Shown: piece by piece, positions 51,122-60,204 of the stretch
Numbering within the stretch: position 1 is the first letter of the stretch
How the letters are laid out: every line of letters begins with the position of its first letter
From: a virus
Lineage: Duplodnaviria > Caudoviricetes
DNA: 64,000 bases
Direction: 5' to 3' (one strand)
Virus record (IMG/VR): IMGVR_UViG_3300002307_000055
Coordinates: 460 to 64,459 of that record
Position numbers and translations under genes: made by a program
Notes under the pieces: model-generated
Database searches by the model: none
What the model saw: only the letters and a program-made list of their open reading frames with translations
What the model was told of the DNA's origin: nothing

Positions 51122-51514
51122 ATGGCAGAAATCACAGAAAATGAGAAAGCAATAGGCGATAATTTAGTCACACTGATTAAGTATGCGAAAGGGAAACTTC
51201 CATCAGGACAACCATTGGTAGATTATATCGCATCAGAAATAGGCAAGATAAATGATGATACTCCCATAGCTGATAAGGCGGCAATTGATTCGGCTTTCGA
51301 TGTAGCCATAGGCGTATCTACTGAGGCGGGTGTACCAAAGGTAGCCAAGCTGTTTGTAGATATTAAAAAGGCTGCTGACGATGTACAGGATGGCAAAGGC
51401 TTCTTAGTAGAGATAGCTGACGGTGCAGCGATATTATCCGACCTCAGAGGGCTTAAAACATCCCCTGCGCCAGTACCAACATCAATCCCTACCACATCGG
51501 AAGGAGCTGAGTAA
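51122..51514 (+). CDS. hypothetical amphipathic protein
   Basis: 130-aa ORF with A-rich leader. Confidence 0.75.
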   Translation: MAEITENEKAIGDNLVTLIKYAKGKLPSGQPLVDYIASEIGKINDDTPIADKAAIDSAFDVAIGVSTEAGVPKVAKLFVDIKKAADDVQDGKGFLVEIADGAAILSDLRGLKTSPAPVPTSIPTTSEGAE

Positions 51515-51633
51515 ATAATAACCCCACTAACAATAAGATGTGCATGATTAAGCTGACCATGCGAGAAAACAAAGAAAAATCAATAATAGGGGTGGGTGGC
51601 TTGCCCCTTCTTTTTTAACTTAAAACATAAACA

Positions 51634-52311
51634 ATGAAAAAATTAATATTTTTACTTTTAGCAGTCCTATCAATTTCTCTGACAACTAATGCTCAGACAT
51701 TGAGTAAAGAAAAAAAGGAGAAATACCAAGCCAAGCCGTCAACACAGAAAAAGACTTTAAAGAGAAAGACTAAAAAACTTGCCAAGTCTATCAAAAAGCA
51801 TCCTCTGACTGAAAATATCAATGAAGAAGATATACGGTCAGCAACCGCTTCAACTGAGATGGTATATAAAGAATACCTGCCTAAAGCAACTGCCACAACA
51901 CCTACTGTCACCCATACTATACCAACATCAGGTACTATCATCTATACAGCACCAAATGTTGGCATAGGTGTTATTACGATACAGCCGTATCAATCGGGAT
52001 GGACTACGTTAGGCACTGTCACACCTTCATTCTCTTATTCAATAGGGATAGGCGAGTACTCTACAAATACTGACGGTTCACTTGACATCCAACCGTATGC
52101 TAATCTAGGGGCTTTTGTGGCTGCGGGATTTATACCGTCTATCAATTCAGCATCACTACAAATTGGTGGCGCATTAGGCGTATATAAGTATAATTCAATA
52201 GCAATAGGATATGATATAATAACGCATAAGCCATTTGTCGGTATAGGTGCGGTCATATCACTGTCCACCTTCAAAAAAGGTCTAGGCTCAACTATATTGG
52301 ACGCGTTCTAA
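51634..52311 (+). CDS. secreted/outer-membrane protein, spanin-like candidate
   Basis: MKKLIFLLLAVLSISLTTNA|Q; basic helix then amphipathic beta strands (PFVGIGAVISL), terminal Phe. Confidence 0.55.
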   Translation: MKKLIFLLLAVLSISLTTNAQTLSKEKKEKYQAKPSTQKKTLKRKTKKLAKSIKKHPLTENINEEDIRSATASTEMVYKEYLPKATATTPTVTHTIPTSGTIIYTAPNVGIGVITIQPYQSGWTTLGTVTPSFSYSIGIGEYSTNTDGSLDIQPYANLGAFVAAGFIPSINSASLQIGGALGVYKYNSIAIGYDIITHKPFVGIGAVISLSTFKKGLGSTILDAF

Positions 52312-52336
52312 CAATCAAACTTTCTGTTTAATGTTA

Positions 52337-52367
52337 AGAGGCTCACAGAAATGTGGGCTTTTTTTAT
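52337..52367 (+). terminator. intrinsic terminator ending the late region
   Basis: AGGCTCAC-agaaat-GTGGGCTT followed by a T-run. Confidence 0.75.
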
Positions 52368-52403
52368 GCCTAAAAATAAATTTGTAATTTTAATTTAAAT
52401 TAA

Positions 52404-52435
52404 TTTGGAAATGATGAATAGGTTATTTATGTTTG
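52404..52435 (+). promoter_or_regulatory. promoter TTTG-N20-TATGTTTG of the replication operon
   Basis: Consensus match upstream of 52457. Confidence 0.75.
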
Positions 52436-52456
52436 CATCGTTAAATAAAAAACAAC

Positions 52457-52675
52457 ATGGCAATCAGAAAAACAATAGTAGAGCGTCAGGGTATATTAAA
52501 ACCATTGCTCAAGAAATTCACCGTTCAGGCTTGTTGGTTAGAAACAAGGGTAACTCCATATCGGATTAACAAGGCTATGATAGATGCCGAACCTGACGCT
52601 AATGACTTTAAAGCAATAGAGGACTTTTATCTTGGCAAGGAAAAGGAATATCAAAAAGAACTTATAAAATCATAA
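52457..52675 (+). CDS. small protein, possibly a Cro-like regulator
   Basis: First gene after the promoter; 72 aa, helical. Confidence 0.4.
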   Translation: MAIRKTIVERQGILKPLLKKFTVQACWLETRVTPYRINKAMIDAEPDANDFKAIEDFYLGKEKEYQKELIKS

Positions 52676-52678
52676 ACT

Positions 52679-52879
52679 ATGAAAGTCTATGTTATAGAAT
52701 ACAAATCGGGCAGAGGTGGTGAAATGTCATATAGTTGGTGTATGAATTTATATGATAATAACTTCAAAAAAATAGCCATAGAGCAGGGGACATCCTTTGA
52801 TTCTATTAAAGACTTTGAAAAATGGGCAAATGGAGCTACTACAGGCATGACAAGAAATTCATTAATAAGATTCATATAA
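52679..52879 (+). CDS. hypothetical protein
   Basis: ORF track, operon packing. Confidence 0.6.
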   Translation: MKVYVIEYKSGRGGEMSYSWCMNLYDNNFKKIAIEQGTSFDSIKDFEKWANGATTGMTRNSLIRFI

Positions 52880-52888
52880 ACCAAAACC

Positions 52889-53680
52889 ATGAATAATATC
52901 ACAATACTGGCAGGACTTGAATTTATCGGACTATGTGTGGCAGTAGGATTCTGTATTAGATTGAAACTAAAATTGGATGAAGCAAATAAAGCCTATAAAG
53001 ATGCTATAATAATAGCAGGGGGATACTTTAATAGTATTGAAGTTTTAACTATGGATAAGCAGGCTTGGATGGCAGAAGTCCGTAAGCAGACCGACCTATT
53101 TCAAGAGGAACAATCCAAAGTAAAGGACAGGGACGCTACCATTCAGCAGGTACGGACTGCCTGGGAGGTAGAAGCCACGAAACTAGATAGCATCATCAAG
53201 GACAGAGACGCTACCATAGCCCTACTTAGGGAAGAACGGGAGAAGCTATCAAACGCATCAATGAGTACTATATACGACCTGCAAAAAGAATTGGCAGACA
53301 CTGAATTAGCCCGTCTACACCTTGAAAACATCTGCAACGGTCAGGCATCTACCATCAATAAAATGCTACCCATCAAAAAAGAGAATGAAGCCCTGATAGA
53401 TATAGTAGTCGAACTGCTACAATGTCTGCCTGAGATTGAAACAAAGCCTGATGATACCCAAAAGTATGATATAGCAGATGTAATGGGTAAAAAATTTTCC
53501 ATTAGATGTCGTAATAAAAAAGAATTTTCTAGGATAGTAAATCTAGCTAAGTATGACTTTACAGACAGCGAAGGGTTCGGTCAGTTTGCAAATACGCCAC
53601 ATGTTAATTGCCATGATAGGAGTATTGAAACATGGGAGCATAAGGGATTTACTATCATTGATAGCATACAAATAAAGTAA
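52889..53680 (+). CDS. membrane-anchored coiled-coil protein
   Basis: N-terminal TM segment followed by a long heptad region. Confidence 0.65.
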   Translation: MNNITILAGLEFIGLCVAVGFCIRLKLKLDEANKAYKDAIIIAGGYFNSIEVLTMDKQAWMAEVRKQTDLFQEEQSKVKDRDATIQQVRTAWEVEATKLDSIIKDRDATIALLREEREKLSNASMSTIYDLQKELADTELARLHLENICNGQASTINKMLPIKKENEALIDIVVELLQCLPEIETKPDDTQKYDIADVMGKKFSIRCRNKKEFSRIVNLAKYDFTDSEGFGQFANTPHVNCHDRSIETWEHKGFTIIDSIQIK

Positions 53681-53702
53681 GCTAATTTTTAAACATAAAA
53701 GA

Positions 53703-53990
53703 ATGAAAAACCCACAAAACATCGCATTAGGTATGATAGCCTTAATCTGCATATTGGTTATAGCATTGGCTATTGAATGTCATGAGGGTCTAAGGTCTAA
53801 TGCTGAATATAACAAGCCCATTCACGATACTGTGACTGTTCAATCTAAAGCATACCGTAACGTCTGTGAAAAATATTTTTTCGATGGCGCAATGAGTCCC
53901 GCTAACATTGAAATGGGTCAGATAGACAGCTTTTTTGACCTTCAATGGAAGGAAGATAGTATTAACTGGAACAAATTGCATAACCAATGA
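53703..53990 (+). CDS. single-TM hypothetical protein
   Basis: IALGMIALICILVIALAI. Confidence 0.6.
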   Translation: MKNPQNIALGMIALICILVIALAIECHEGLRSNAEYNKPIHDTVTVQSKAYRNVCEKYFFDGAMSPANIEMGQIDSFFDLQWKEDSINWNKLHNQ

Positions 53991-54136
53991 TATACTTTGC
54001 AGGGTCACTAAGCTATTTCTACAGAAAGTGGGGTATGCTACGCGAACAAGGCATAGATGATTTACGCTGGTTCAGCATTCGTGGTTTATACTTCATAGGC
54101 GATACAAACTCTTTAAATAAACAAAAACTAAAATAA
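53987..54136 (+). CDS. 49-aa hypothetical peptide
   Basis: My translation MIYFAGSLSYFYRKWGMLREQ...; ATGA overlap. Confidence 0.45.
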   Translation: MIYFAGSLSYFYRKWGMLREQGIDDLRWFSIRGLYFIGDTNSLNKQKLK

Positions 54137-54137
54137 C

Positions 54138-54602
54138 ATGGAATCATTAATAGAAACATACAGAACTTACGAGATTAAGTTTAATACAGATAAGGAAACA
54201 TTTTACGCTGTATCACTACAGCTAGACAATGAGCAGACTAAAAAGTCATACGCATCGGTTAAGAAAGCCATTGATGACTTTATTAAAGAAAACAATGACT
54301 TCAAGCCTTTTGAGATACAAGGATGCCCTACATCATATCGTGGTTCAGGACAAATACTAAAGGTTATTGGCATACGAAAAGATGGTGCGTTTGTCTTTGA
54401 AAACAAGAAAGGTGAGAAAGGGCAATTATCCAAATACTATGAAAAAGACTATATGCTTTATAACCCTGAGAATGATGTTAAGTGGGAGTATTTAGCTCTG
54501 CTTGAAAAAGAGTTTGAAGCACAAAGAAAAAGGATAGAAGACTATAAAAAAACGTTCATTTCTGTTGGATTGGAAACTATCAAAGCAAAGTATTCAATCT
54601 AA
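54138..54602 (+). CDS. hypothetical protein flanked by 15-bp direct repeats
   Basis: ORF track; ACAAACTCTTTAAAT at 54104 and 54602. Confidence 0.75.
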   Translation: MESLIETYRTYEIKFNTDKETFYAVSLQLDNEQTKKSYASVKKAIDDFIKENNDFKPFEIQGCPTSYRGSGQILKVIGIRKDGAFVFENKKGEKGQLSKYYEKDYMLYNPENDVKWEYLALLEKEFEAQRKRIEDYKKTFISVGLETIKAKYSI

Positions 54603-54653
54603 CAAACTCTTTAAATCGAATTAAAATCAATAAATAAACTAAAAACAAACAAA

Positions 54654-55112
54654 ATGAAAATTACAGTAGACTTAGCAGATTTTGAACTTGACGAAAACAA
54701 TTCTTTTGAAGCTGGCTTTAAAGAATATATTATCAGAGAAGTGTACCATTCAATTTGGAAGTCTACCGATAAAAAGGCAGTGGAACAAATGGAAAGGGAA
54801 ATAAAAAACATGATTGATCAAAACCTATTGAAGCAAACTACCAAAAGAATAGGTGAGCTAATCGAGGAGGGCACTATGGAAAATCCCGACAACCGAAAAG
54901 AGCGAATAACTATAATGGCATACGTTCAGAAGAAATTTGAAAATCAATCTTCATGGGGTAGTCCTGCCGACAAAATAGAAAAACTAGCCAAGCAATTTGG
55001 TGAGGATATGAAAAAACGGTACGACTTCGCTTTTGCCTCTCAAGTAGTAATAAAGATGGGTGAACAAGGATTGCTTAAAGAAGGTGTAATAGAAGCCCTA
55101 TTGAAGAAATAA
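54654..55112 (+). CDS. hypothetical protein
   Basis: 152-aa ORF. Confidence 0.75.
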   Translation: MKITVDLADFELDENNSFEAGFKEYIIREVYHSIWKSTDKKAVEQMEREIKNMIDQNLLKQTTKRIGELIEEGTMENPDNRKERITIMAYVQKKFENQSSWGSPADKIEKLAKQFGEDMKKRYDFAFASQVVIKMGEQGLLKEGVIEALLKK

Positions 55113-55166
55113 CAATGGATAAACTACTAGCCGACTTATCAGCATCGTTTTTCAGACAGAAAGTAT

Positions 55167-55379
55167 ATGAGCAACCCTAGAAAGAAACATCATAAAGTAC
55201 CGATAGAGCTTAAACAAGCTGTTAAAGAATACTTTTTGCGTACTGGTTGCACAATGACCACACTCATGGAAGTATTCAAAATATCAAGGGATGTAGCCAA
55301 TAAAGTAACAGACAGTGCTTTGAAAGAAACTCAGGAAATTATTAAAAAATCAGACCCACATAAACATTTAAAATTTTAG
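55167..55379 (+). CDS. small HTH-like protein
   Basis: TMTTLMEVFKISRDVANKV. Confidence 0.5.
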   Translation: MSNPRKKHHKVPIELKQAVKEYFLRTGCTMTTLMEVFKISRDVANKVTDSALKETQEIIKKSDPHKHLKF

Positions 55380-55381
55380 AA

Positions 55382-55663
55382 ATGAATACGACAGAAATAC
55401 CGAAATTAGATGGACAGACGCTAGTAGCACAACACGATTGCCTCATAGCTATTGCTGATATGATTAGGCAGTGTAATAACCGAGTAAAGGATGCCCAAGA
55501 ATCGGTAGATAAATATATCCATATTAATTCATTCTACTCAAAAGGATATTACACTGAAACCCTTAATAAGTGGACAAGCATATCCATCAGGCTTGAGAAG
55601 TACTACTTCAAAAAACTTTGCGCCATGACATCAACGACTTACAATCAAATTCATAATAATTAA
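55382..55663 (+). CDS. hypothetical protein
   Basis: ORF track. Confidence 0.65.
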   Translation: MNTTEIPKLDGQTLVAQHDCLIAIADMIRQCNNRVKDAQESVDKYIHINSFYSKGYYTETLNKWTSISIRLEKYYFKKLCAMTSTTYNQIHNN

Positions 55664-55684
55664 TAAACAATAAAATCAAAAACA

Positions 55685-56326
55685 ATGGCTATTCTAGTAT
55701 CAGAAAAAGACGGTGGCACAGCCCACGAACCAATCCCCGCAGGAAACTATATGGCAAGGTGTTATCAGGTGATACACTTGGGTAATATCAAGACTGTATA
55801 TGAAGGACAGGAAAAAGACCAAGACCAGCTTATGATAGGTTGGGAGTTACCCACAGAACAGCGTGTGTTCAAAGAGGGACATGGAAGTCAACCGTTAGTA
55901 GTAAGTCGTATATATACCCGTTCTTTGGGTGATAGAGCTACTTTAAGGGCTATGCTTGAATCATGGCGTGGTCGGGCATTCAGTTCTGATGAATTGAAAG
56001 GCTTTGATATTTCAAAACTTATTGGTGCGCCATGCCTGATAAATATAAAAAATGTAGCCGGTGAAGGGAAGCATAAGGGTAAAACTTTTTCTCAGATAGC
56101 AAGTGTATCACCACTGATGAAAGGTATGGTTTGCCCACCCGCTATCAACCAAACAGTAGAATTTTCAGTGCTATCTTTTGATGATAAGGTGTTTTCTACC
56201 CTGCCTCAATGGTTGTCAGATAAAATCAAAACGAGTAAGGAATATAGGGATATGGTGCATGGTGGCGAAGCTGAAAAGGAAACTACCCATGAGCCAATGA
56301 GTCAGGACGATGACCTCCCATTTTAG
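55685..56326 (+). CDS. NGO0469-like phage replication/ssDNA-binding protein
   Basis: PAGNYMARCYQVIHLG, SLGDRATLRAMLESWRGRAFS...GFDISKLIGAPCLINI; SSB-like DDLPF tail. Confidence 0.75.
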   Translation: MAILVSEKDGGTAHEPIPAGNYMARCYQVIHLGNIKTVYEGQEKDQDQLMIGWELPTEQRVFKEGHGSQPLVVSRIYTRSLGDRATLRAMLESWRGRAFSSDELKGFDISKLIGAPCLINIKNVAGEGKHKGKTFSQIASVSPLMKGMVCPPAINQTVEFSVLSFDDKVFSTLPQWLSDKIKTSKEYRDMVHGGEAEKETTHEPMSQDDDLPF

Positions 56327-56347
56327 GATTATTTAATATATGAAATT

Positions 56348-56785
56348 GTGAAATTAGTATATTTTGGTAACATAAACAATGGTCAGCTAAAGATTATCAA
56401 TAGGCATCTATTTGATGCCGATATAGCTTCTATGGAGGGGAAACAGGTAGAGATAGTTGTTTCCCCTAAAAAGAAAACTAGAAGTAATCAGCAGAATAGG
56501 TACTATTGGTCGGTGGTGGTCGGGTTAATAAAAGAGGGATTTGTAAGTATGGGGCATGATGGTATAGATAGCCAAAATGTTCACGCCTTTTTAACTGGTA
56601 GGTTTTTATTCAAAGAAATAATCAATGAGAACGGTGGAGAGGTCATAAGAATACCTATGGGTACTTCGGGATTGACCACGACTGAAATGATGGTTTATAT
56701 AGACCAATGCGCTCAATTTGCTAGTGAATATTTGAATGTCATTATTCCACCACCTTCAAGCCAAACAGAATTTAACTATGACTGA
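56348..56785 (+). CDS. NinB/DUF1367-like recombination protein
   Basis: KTRSNQQNRYYW...LTTTEMMVYIDQC..FASEYL...IPPP. Confidence 0.7.
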   Translation: MKLVYFGNINNGQLKIINRHLFDADIASMEGKQVEIVVSPKKKTRSNQQNRYYWSVVVGLIKEGFVSMGHDGIDSQNVHAFLTGRFLFKEIINENGGEVIRIPMGTSGLTTTEMMVYIDQCAQFASEYLNVIIPPPSSQTEFNYD

Positions 56786-56990
56786 GGAAGATTCTTTATT
56801 GGAACAGATGAAAGATGCTAAAAATGAGTATGAGCGTATCAAGTATAGGTTAGATTTTGTTACATTATCCGATGAGCAAAAAAGGGATTATAATAGCCGT
56901 AAAGCTGAGTTAAGGGGTATTTGGAAGGATTTGAATGATAAGAGAAACGCAATATTGCTTGTTAAAAATAGACCAAACAATGAAAGTTAA
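56778..56990 (+). CDS. coiled-coil hypothetical protein
   Basis: Likely start MTEEDSLL. Confidence 0.55.
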   Translation: MTEEDSLLEQMKDAKNEYERIKYRLDFVTLSDEQKRDYNSRKAELRGIWKDLNDKRNAILLVKNRPNNES

Positions 56991-57192
56991 AAACATACCC
57001 GAAGGATACGAACTATGCCATATATGTAATGGTAAAGGTGAGGAATATTTCTCATGTTGTACAGGTGAGGTAGTGGATTCAGATATTCAACGTTGTCCTG
57101 ATTGTAAGGAAAATGTAGGATTATCCAAGTGCGAAGATTGCGAAGGAACAGGCTTAGTGATAACAACAAACAATTTTAAAATAAAACAGTAA
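56980..57192 (+). CDS. DnaJ-type zinc-finger protein
   Basis: CHICNGKG, CPDC, CEDCEGTG. Confidence 0.65.
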   Translation: MKVKNIPEGYELCHICNGKGEEYFSCCTGEVVDSDIQRCPDCKENVGLSKCEDCEGTGLVITTNNFKIKQ

Positions 57193-57193
57193 G

Positions 57194-57439
57194 ATGGCAA
57201 GAGTACACGAATTAAAGACATGGCCTGAATATTACCAAGAGGTTTTAATGGGTCACAAGACATTTGAGGTCACAAAGAATGACCGAGATTTCAAAGTGGG
57301 TGACATTGTAATCCTACACGAATGGGATGCCACCAATGAAATATACACTGGCAGAAGCCTTGCAAGGGTAATCAGTTATGTCCTACATGGAGGTCAATTT
57401 GGCATCGAAGAAGGCTATTGTGTAATGAGCATTAACTAA
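57194..57439 (+). CDS. ASCH/DUF3850-domain protein
   Basis: HELKTWPEYYQEVLMGHKTFEV..NDRDFKVGD. Confidence 0.85.
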   Translation: MARVHELKTWPEYYQEVLMGHKTFEVTKNDRDFKVGDIVILHEWDATNEIYTGRSLARVISYVLHGGQFGIEEGYCVMSIN

Positions 57440-57456
57440 CAATCAAAAATAAAAAG

Positions 57457-57831
57457 ATGAAAGAGAAGCTAAAAAAAGTGCTAACCTATCTGCACGACAA
57501 AAATGAAAGGGAACTTGCATCAATAGTACTTGATGTTATAAATGATAAACCCATACCCAAAAAGCCATTAAAATACCTCGCCAATGATACCGTCACATGT
57601 CAGAAGATTGCTGAACTGCTGGGCGGAGAACATATACAAACCGATATTTTAGACTCAGGAACTGAAAAAGCATGTATCAGTATTGATTTGAGCATGGATA
57701 ATGTTGGTTGTGCTTTATATATCGGTATGAATGGTAGTCTAGAATTATTCTCAGGAGCTAACGGTATATTAGAAATCCCCAACTGCCTCCAAATCGCTGA
57801 TTTAATCCTATCCAAATACAAAGTCGAATGA
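57457..57831 (+). CDS. hypothetical protein
   Basis: ORF track. Confidence 0.65.
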   Translation: MKEKLKKVLTYLHDKNERELASIVLDVINDKPIPKKPLKYLANDTVTCQKIAELLGGEHIQTDILDSGTEKACISIDLSMDNVGCALYIGMNGSLELFSGANGILEIPNCLQIADLILSKYKVE

Positions 57832-58082
57832 AATCAATAGAATGTCCGAACTGTGGTCACATTATCAAAGACGCTGATTTAGTTCAGCCTGATTTATACT
57901 TCCCCATAGTGGGATATACAAAGCGTGAAAATGGGAACAACTATTACAATACCATCCCAATCGGTAGTCCCATCTATGAAATGGAGGATGGCAGGATATT
58001 TATTCTCCAAAATAAGATAGATAATAGCGACCCATATCAGTATCCCGTTATTTATAGGCGTGAATCATTATATAGATTATAA
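57828..58082 (+). CDS. zinc-ribbon hypothetical protein
   Basis: IECPNCGH N-terminus. Confidence 0.6.
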   Translation: MKSIECPNCGHIIKDADLVQPDLYFPIVGYTKRENGNNYYNTIPIGSPIYEMEDGRIFILQNKIDNSDPYQYPVIYRRESLYRL

Positions 58083-58158
58083 ACATGCTACTATTAACTA
58101 TTAAATCCTTGTAAAATTCACAGGGGCAACTATATATCTATTCAACCTGACTAATTAA

Positions 58159-58221
58159 ATGAACAAAGACTTACTACATATCACAAACGAGGACTGCATG
58201 GAGTGTGGACAACCGAATTAG
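58159..58221 (+). pseudogene. orphaned original 5' end of the DNA methylase
   Basis: MNKDLLHITNEDCME|CGQPN* parallels DLHIYNMDCME in 58834..59493. Confidence 0.7.
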
Positions 58222-58253
58222 GATAATTCGTATATACTATGTATCTTAGCTAA

Positions 58254-58847
58254 ATGAAAGAAATAAATGATTTACAGATAGGCAAAGCGGGGGAATACCT
58301 TGTGTGTGCAGACCTTATCCTTAATGGATTTGTAGCCTTCCCATCCGAACAGGGATTACCCTTTGATGTGGTGCTTAGTATTGATGGCAGACTTTTAAAG
58401 GTACAGGTAAAGACTACTCGTAAAGCAAAAAACATCGCTCAGAGGAAATCGGATGTGCCTGCGTACATTTTTCATATAGGCAATAATGGCAAAATGAATC
58501 GGCGAAAAAAGTATGACAAAAACCAAGTGGATATATTCGCCTTAGTCGCACTTGATACAAGGCGCATAGCGTATATCCCGTATTTTAATGTTCAAACCAC
58601 TATGAATTTTAGGGTGCCTGAATTAAAGGGTAAATACCATGATGAACAGGGTGTGCAAAATAAATCTGCTGTCATTGAACTAAAAACTAAAGGGCTATCC
58701 GGTACTGAAATAGCGAAGAAACTAAACATGAAACTTTCCCTTGTATATAGATATAGTGCCGATGTTTCATTAAAACAGAAAGGAACAAATGCAGGGGTAT
58801 ATTTTGATGAATTTACACTAGAAAAATGCCTAAATGGAATACAATAA
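58254..58847 (+). mobile_element. free-standing PD-(D/E)XK homing endonuclease with C-terminal HTH
   Basis: GKAGEYLVCADL...PFDVVL...KVQVKTT; sits between two versions of the methylase start. Confidence 0.75.
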
Positions 58848-59493
58848 CTTTCAATCTGAATGGCACAAGGGCGACCTCCACATATACAATATGGATTGTA
58901 TGGAGCTACTGAGGCAAACGCCTGATAATTACTATTCCCTTGCTTGCGTTGACCCGCCGTATGGATTAGGAAATAGGCTTAGTGATGGTGGAGGAAAGTT
59001 AAAAAACACCCCAATGGCTGAATTATATAGGGGGAAAACGTGGGACGTTCTGCCATCAAAAGAATATTGGGATGAGTTGTTCAGAGTTTCTAAAAATCAG
59101 GTTGTTTTTGGGGCAAATTATTTTTTACAATACCTCCATAATACAAGGGGCTTTATTTGTTGGGATAAAAACCAATCTATGCCCACCCTTTCTGCTTGCG
59201 AGTTAGTTTGGACATCTTTTGATAAGCCAGCAAAAATAATGACAAAATCATCAACCGATTTAGAGAGATTCCATCCTACTCAAAAGCCCATATATATATA
59301 TAAATATGTACTTGAATATTGTAGAGCCAAAAATGGCGACAAGATACTTGACACCCACATGGGCAGCGGCTCTATAGCTATTGCCTGCCAACAGATGGGC
59401 TACGACCTGACAGCCTGTGAAATTGATAAGGACTATTACGAAGCAGCATTGAAACGAATTGAACTAAACACAAGACAGATAAGTATTTTTTAA
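58834..59493 (+). CDS. DNA N6-adenine/N4-cytosine methyltransferase (beta class)
   Basis: VDPPY motif IV, HPTQKP, ILDTHMGSGS motif I. Confidence 0.9.
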   Translation: MEYNNFQSEWHKGDLHIYNMDCMELLRQTPDNYYSLACVDPPYGLGNRLSDGGGKLKNTPMAELYRGKTWDVLPSKEYWDELFRVSKNQVVFGANYFLQYLHNTRGFICWDKNQSMPTLSACELVWTSFDKPAKIMTKSSTDLERFHPTQKPIYIYKYVLEYCRAKNGDKILDTHMGSGSIAIACQQMGYDLTACEIDKDYYEAALKRIELNTRQISIF

Positions 59494-59661
59494 CAATAAA
59501 GACCCGATTGGGTGTAATAAGTATATAGTTATCTTCACAGGTTTTTGTATCTTTAATCCGCAACATTATGGTATCAATGATATTAAATATAAACCCCACC
59601 TCGCCATCAGCCATGATGTTGCAATCTACACCGATGGCAGGTGCGGGCTTAATTTTTTATT

Positions 59662-60204
59662 ATGACAAAGCGTAAAGCAATATCTACAAAAACAAGATTT
59701 GAAATCTTCAAAAGGGACTCATTCACTTGCCAATATTGTGGCAAAACACCGCCCCGTGTTATATTAGAGGTTGACCATATTGTTCCTGTTGTATCTGGTG
59801 GCAAAAACAACATAGACAATCTAATAACTGCCTGTTTTGATTGTAACAGAGGTAAAGCAGGTAACGAATTAACACAAATAATAGAAAGTGTTGCAGATAA
59901 GCACAAAAGGATTAAAGAGAAAGAAAAACAATACTTAGAATTTAGGAAGCTGCAAGATTCTATTGAAAATAGAATTAACCAAGAGTTGCAAGTCATTTCG
60001 GCAGAGTTTTCAAAGTTTTTCCCCAAGCACCAAATGAGTGATAATTTCATAAATACTTCCGTTAGACGATTTATTGATTCATTAGGGTTTCCTGTAGTTT
60101 TATCTATTTTGCGAATGTCTATGTCGGTTACAGGAAGCGCACACGGGTCAACTCAATATTTCTGTAAGGTGTGTTGGAATAAAATAAAGGAGGACGAAGA
60201 ATGA
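59662..60204 (+). CDS. HNH endonuclease
   Basis: RFEIFKRDSFTCQYCG...LEVDHIVPV..GG.NNIDNLITACFDCNRGK. Confidence 0.88.
   Translation: MTKRKAISTKTRFEIFKRDSFTCQYCGKTPPRVILEVDHIVPVVSGGKNNIDNLITACFDCNRGKAGNELTQIIESVADKHKRIKEKEKQYLEFRKLQDSIENRINQELQVISAEFSKFFPKHQMSDNFINTSVRRFIDSLGFPVVLSILRMSMSVTGSAHGSTQYFCKVCWNKIKEDEE

Noticed and set aside
58204-58905. Group I intron in the methylase
   Set aside because: Only about 50 nt precede the endonuclease ORF, which overlaps a complete new methylase start; no P-Q-R-S core is visible.
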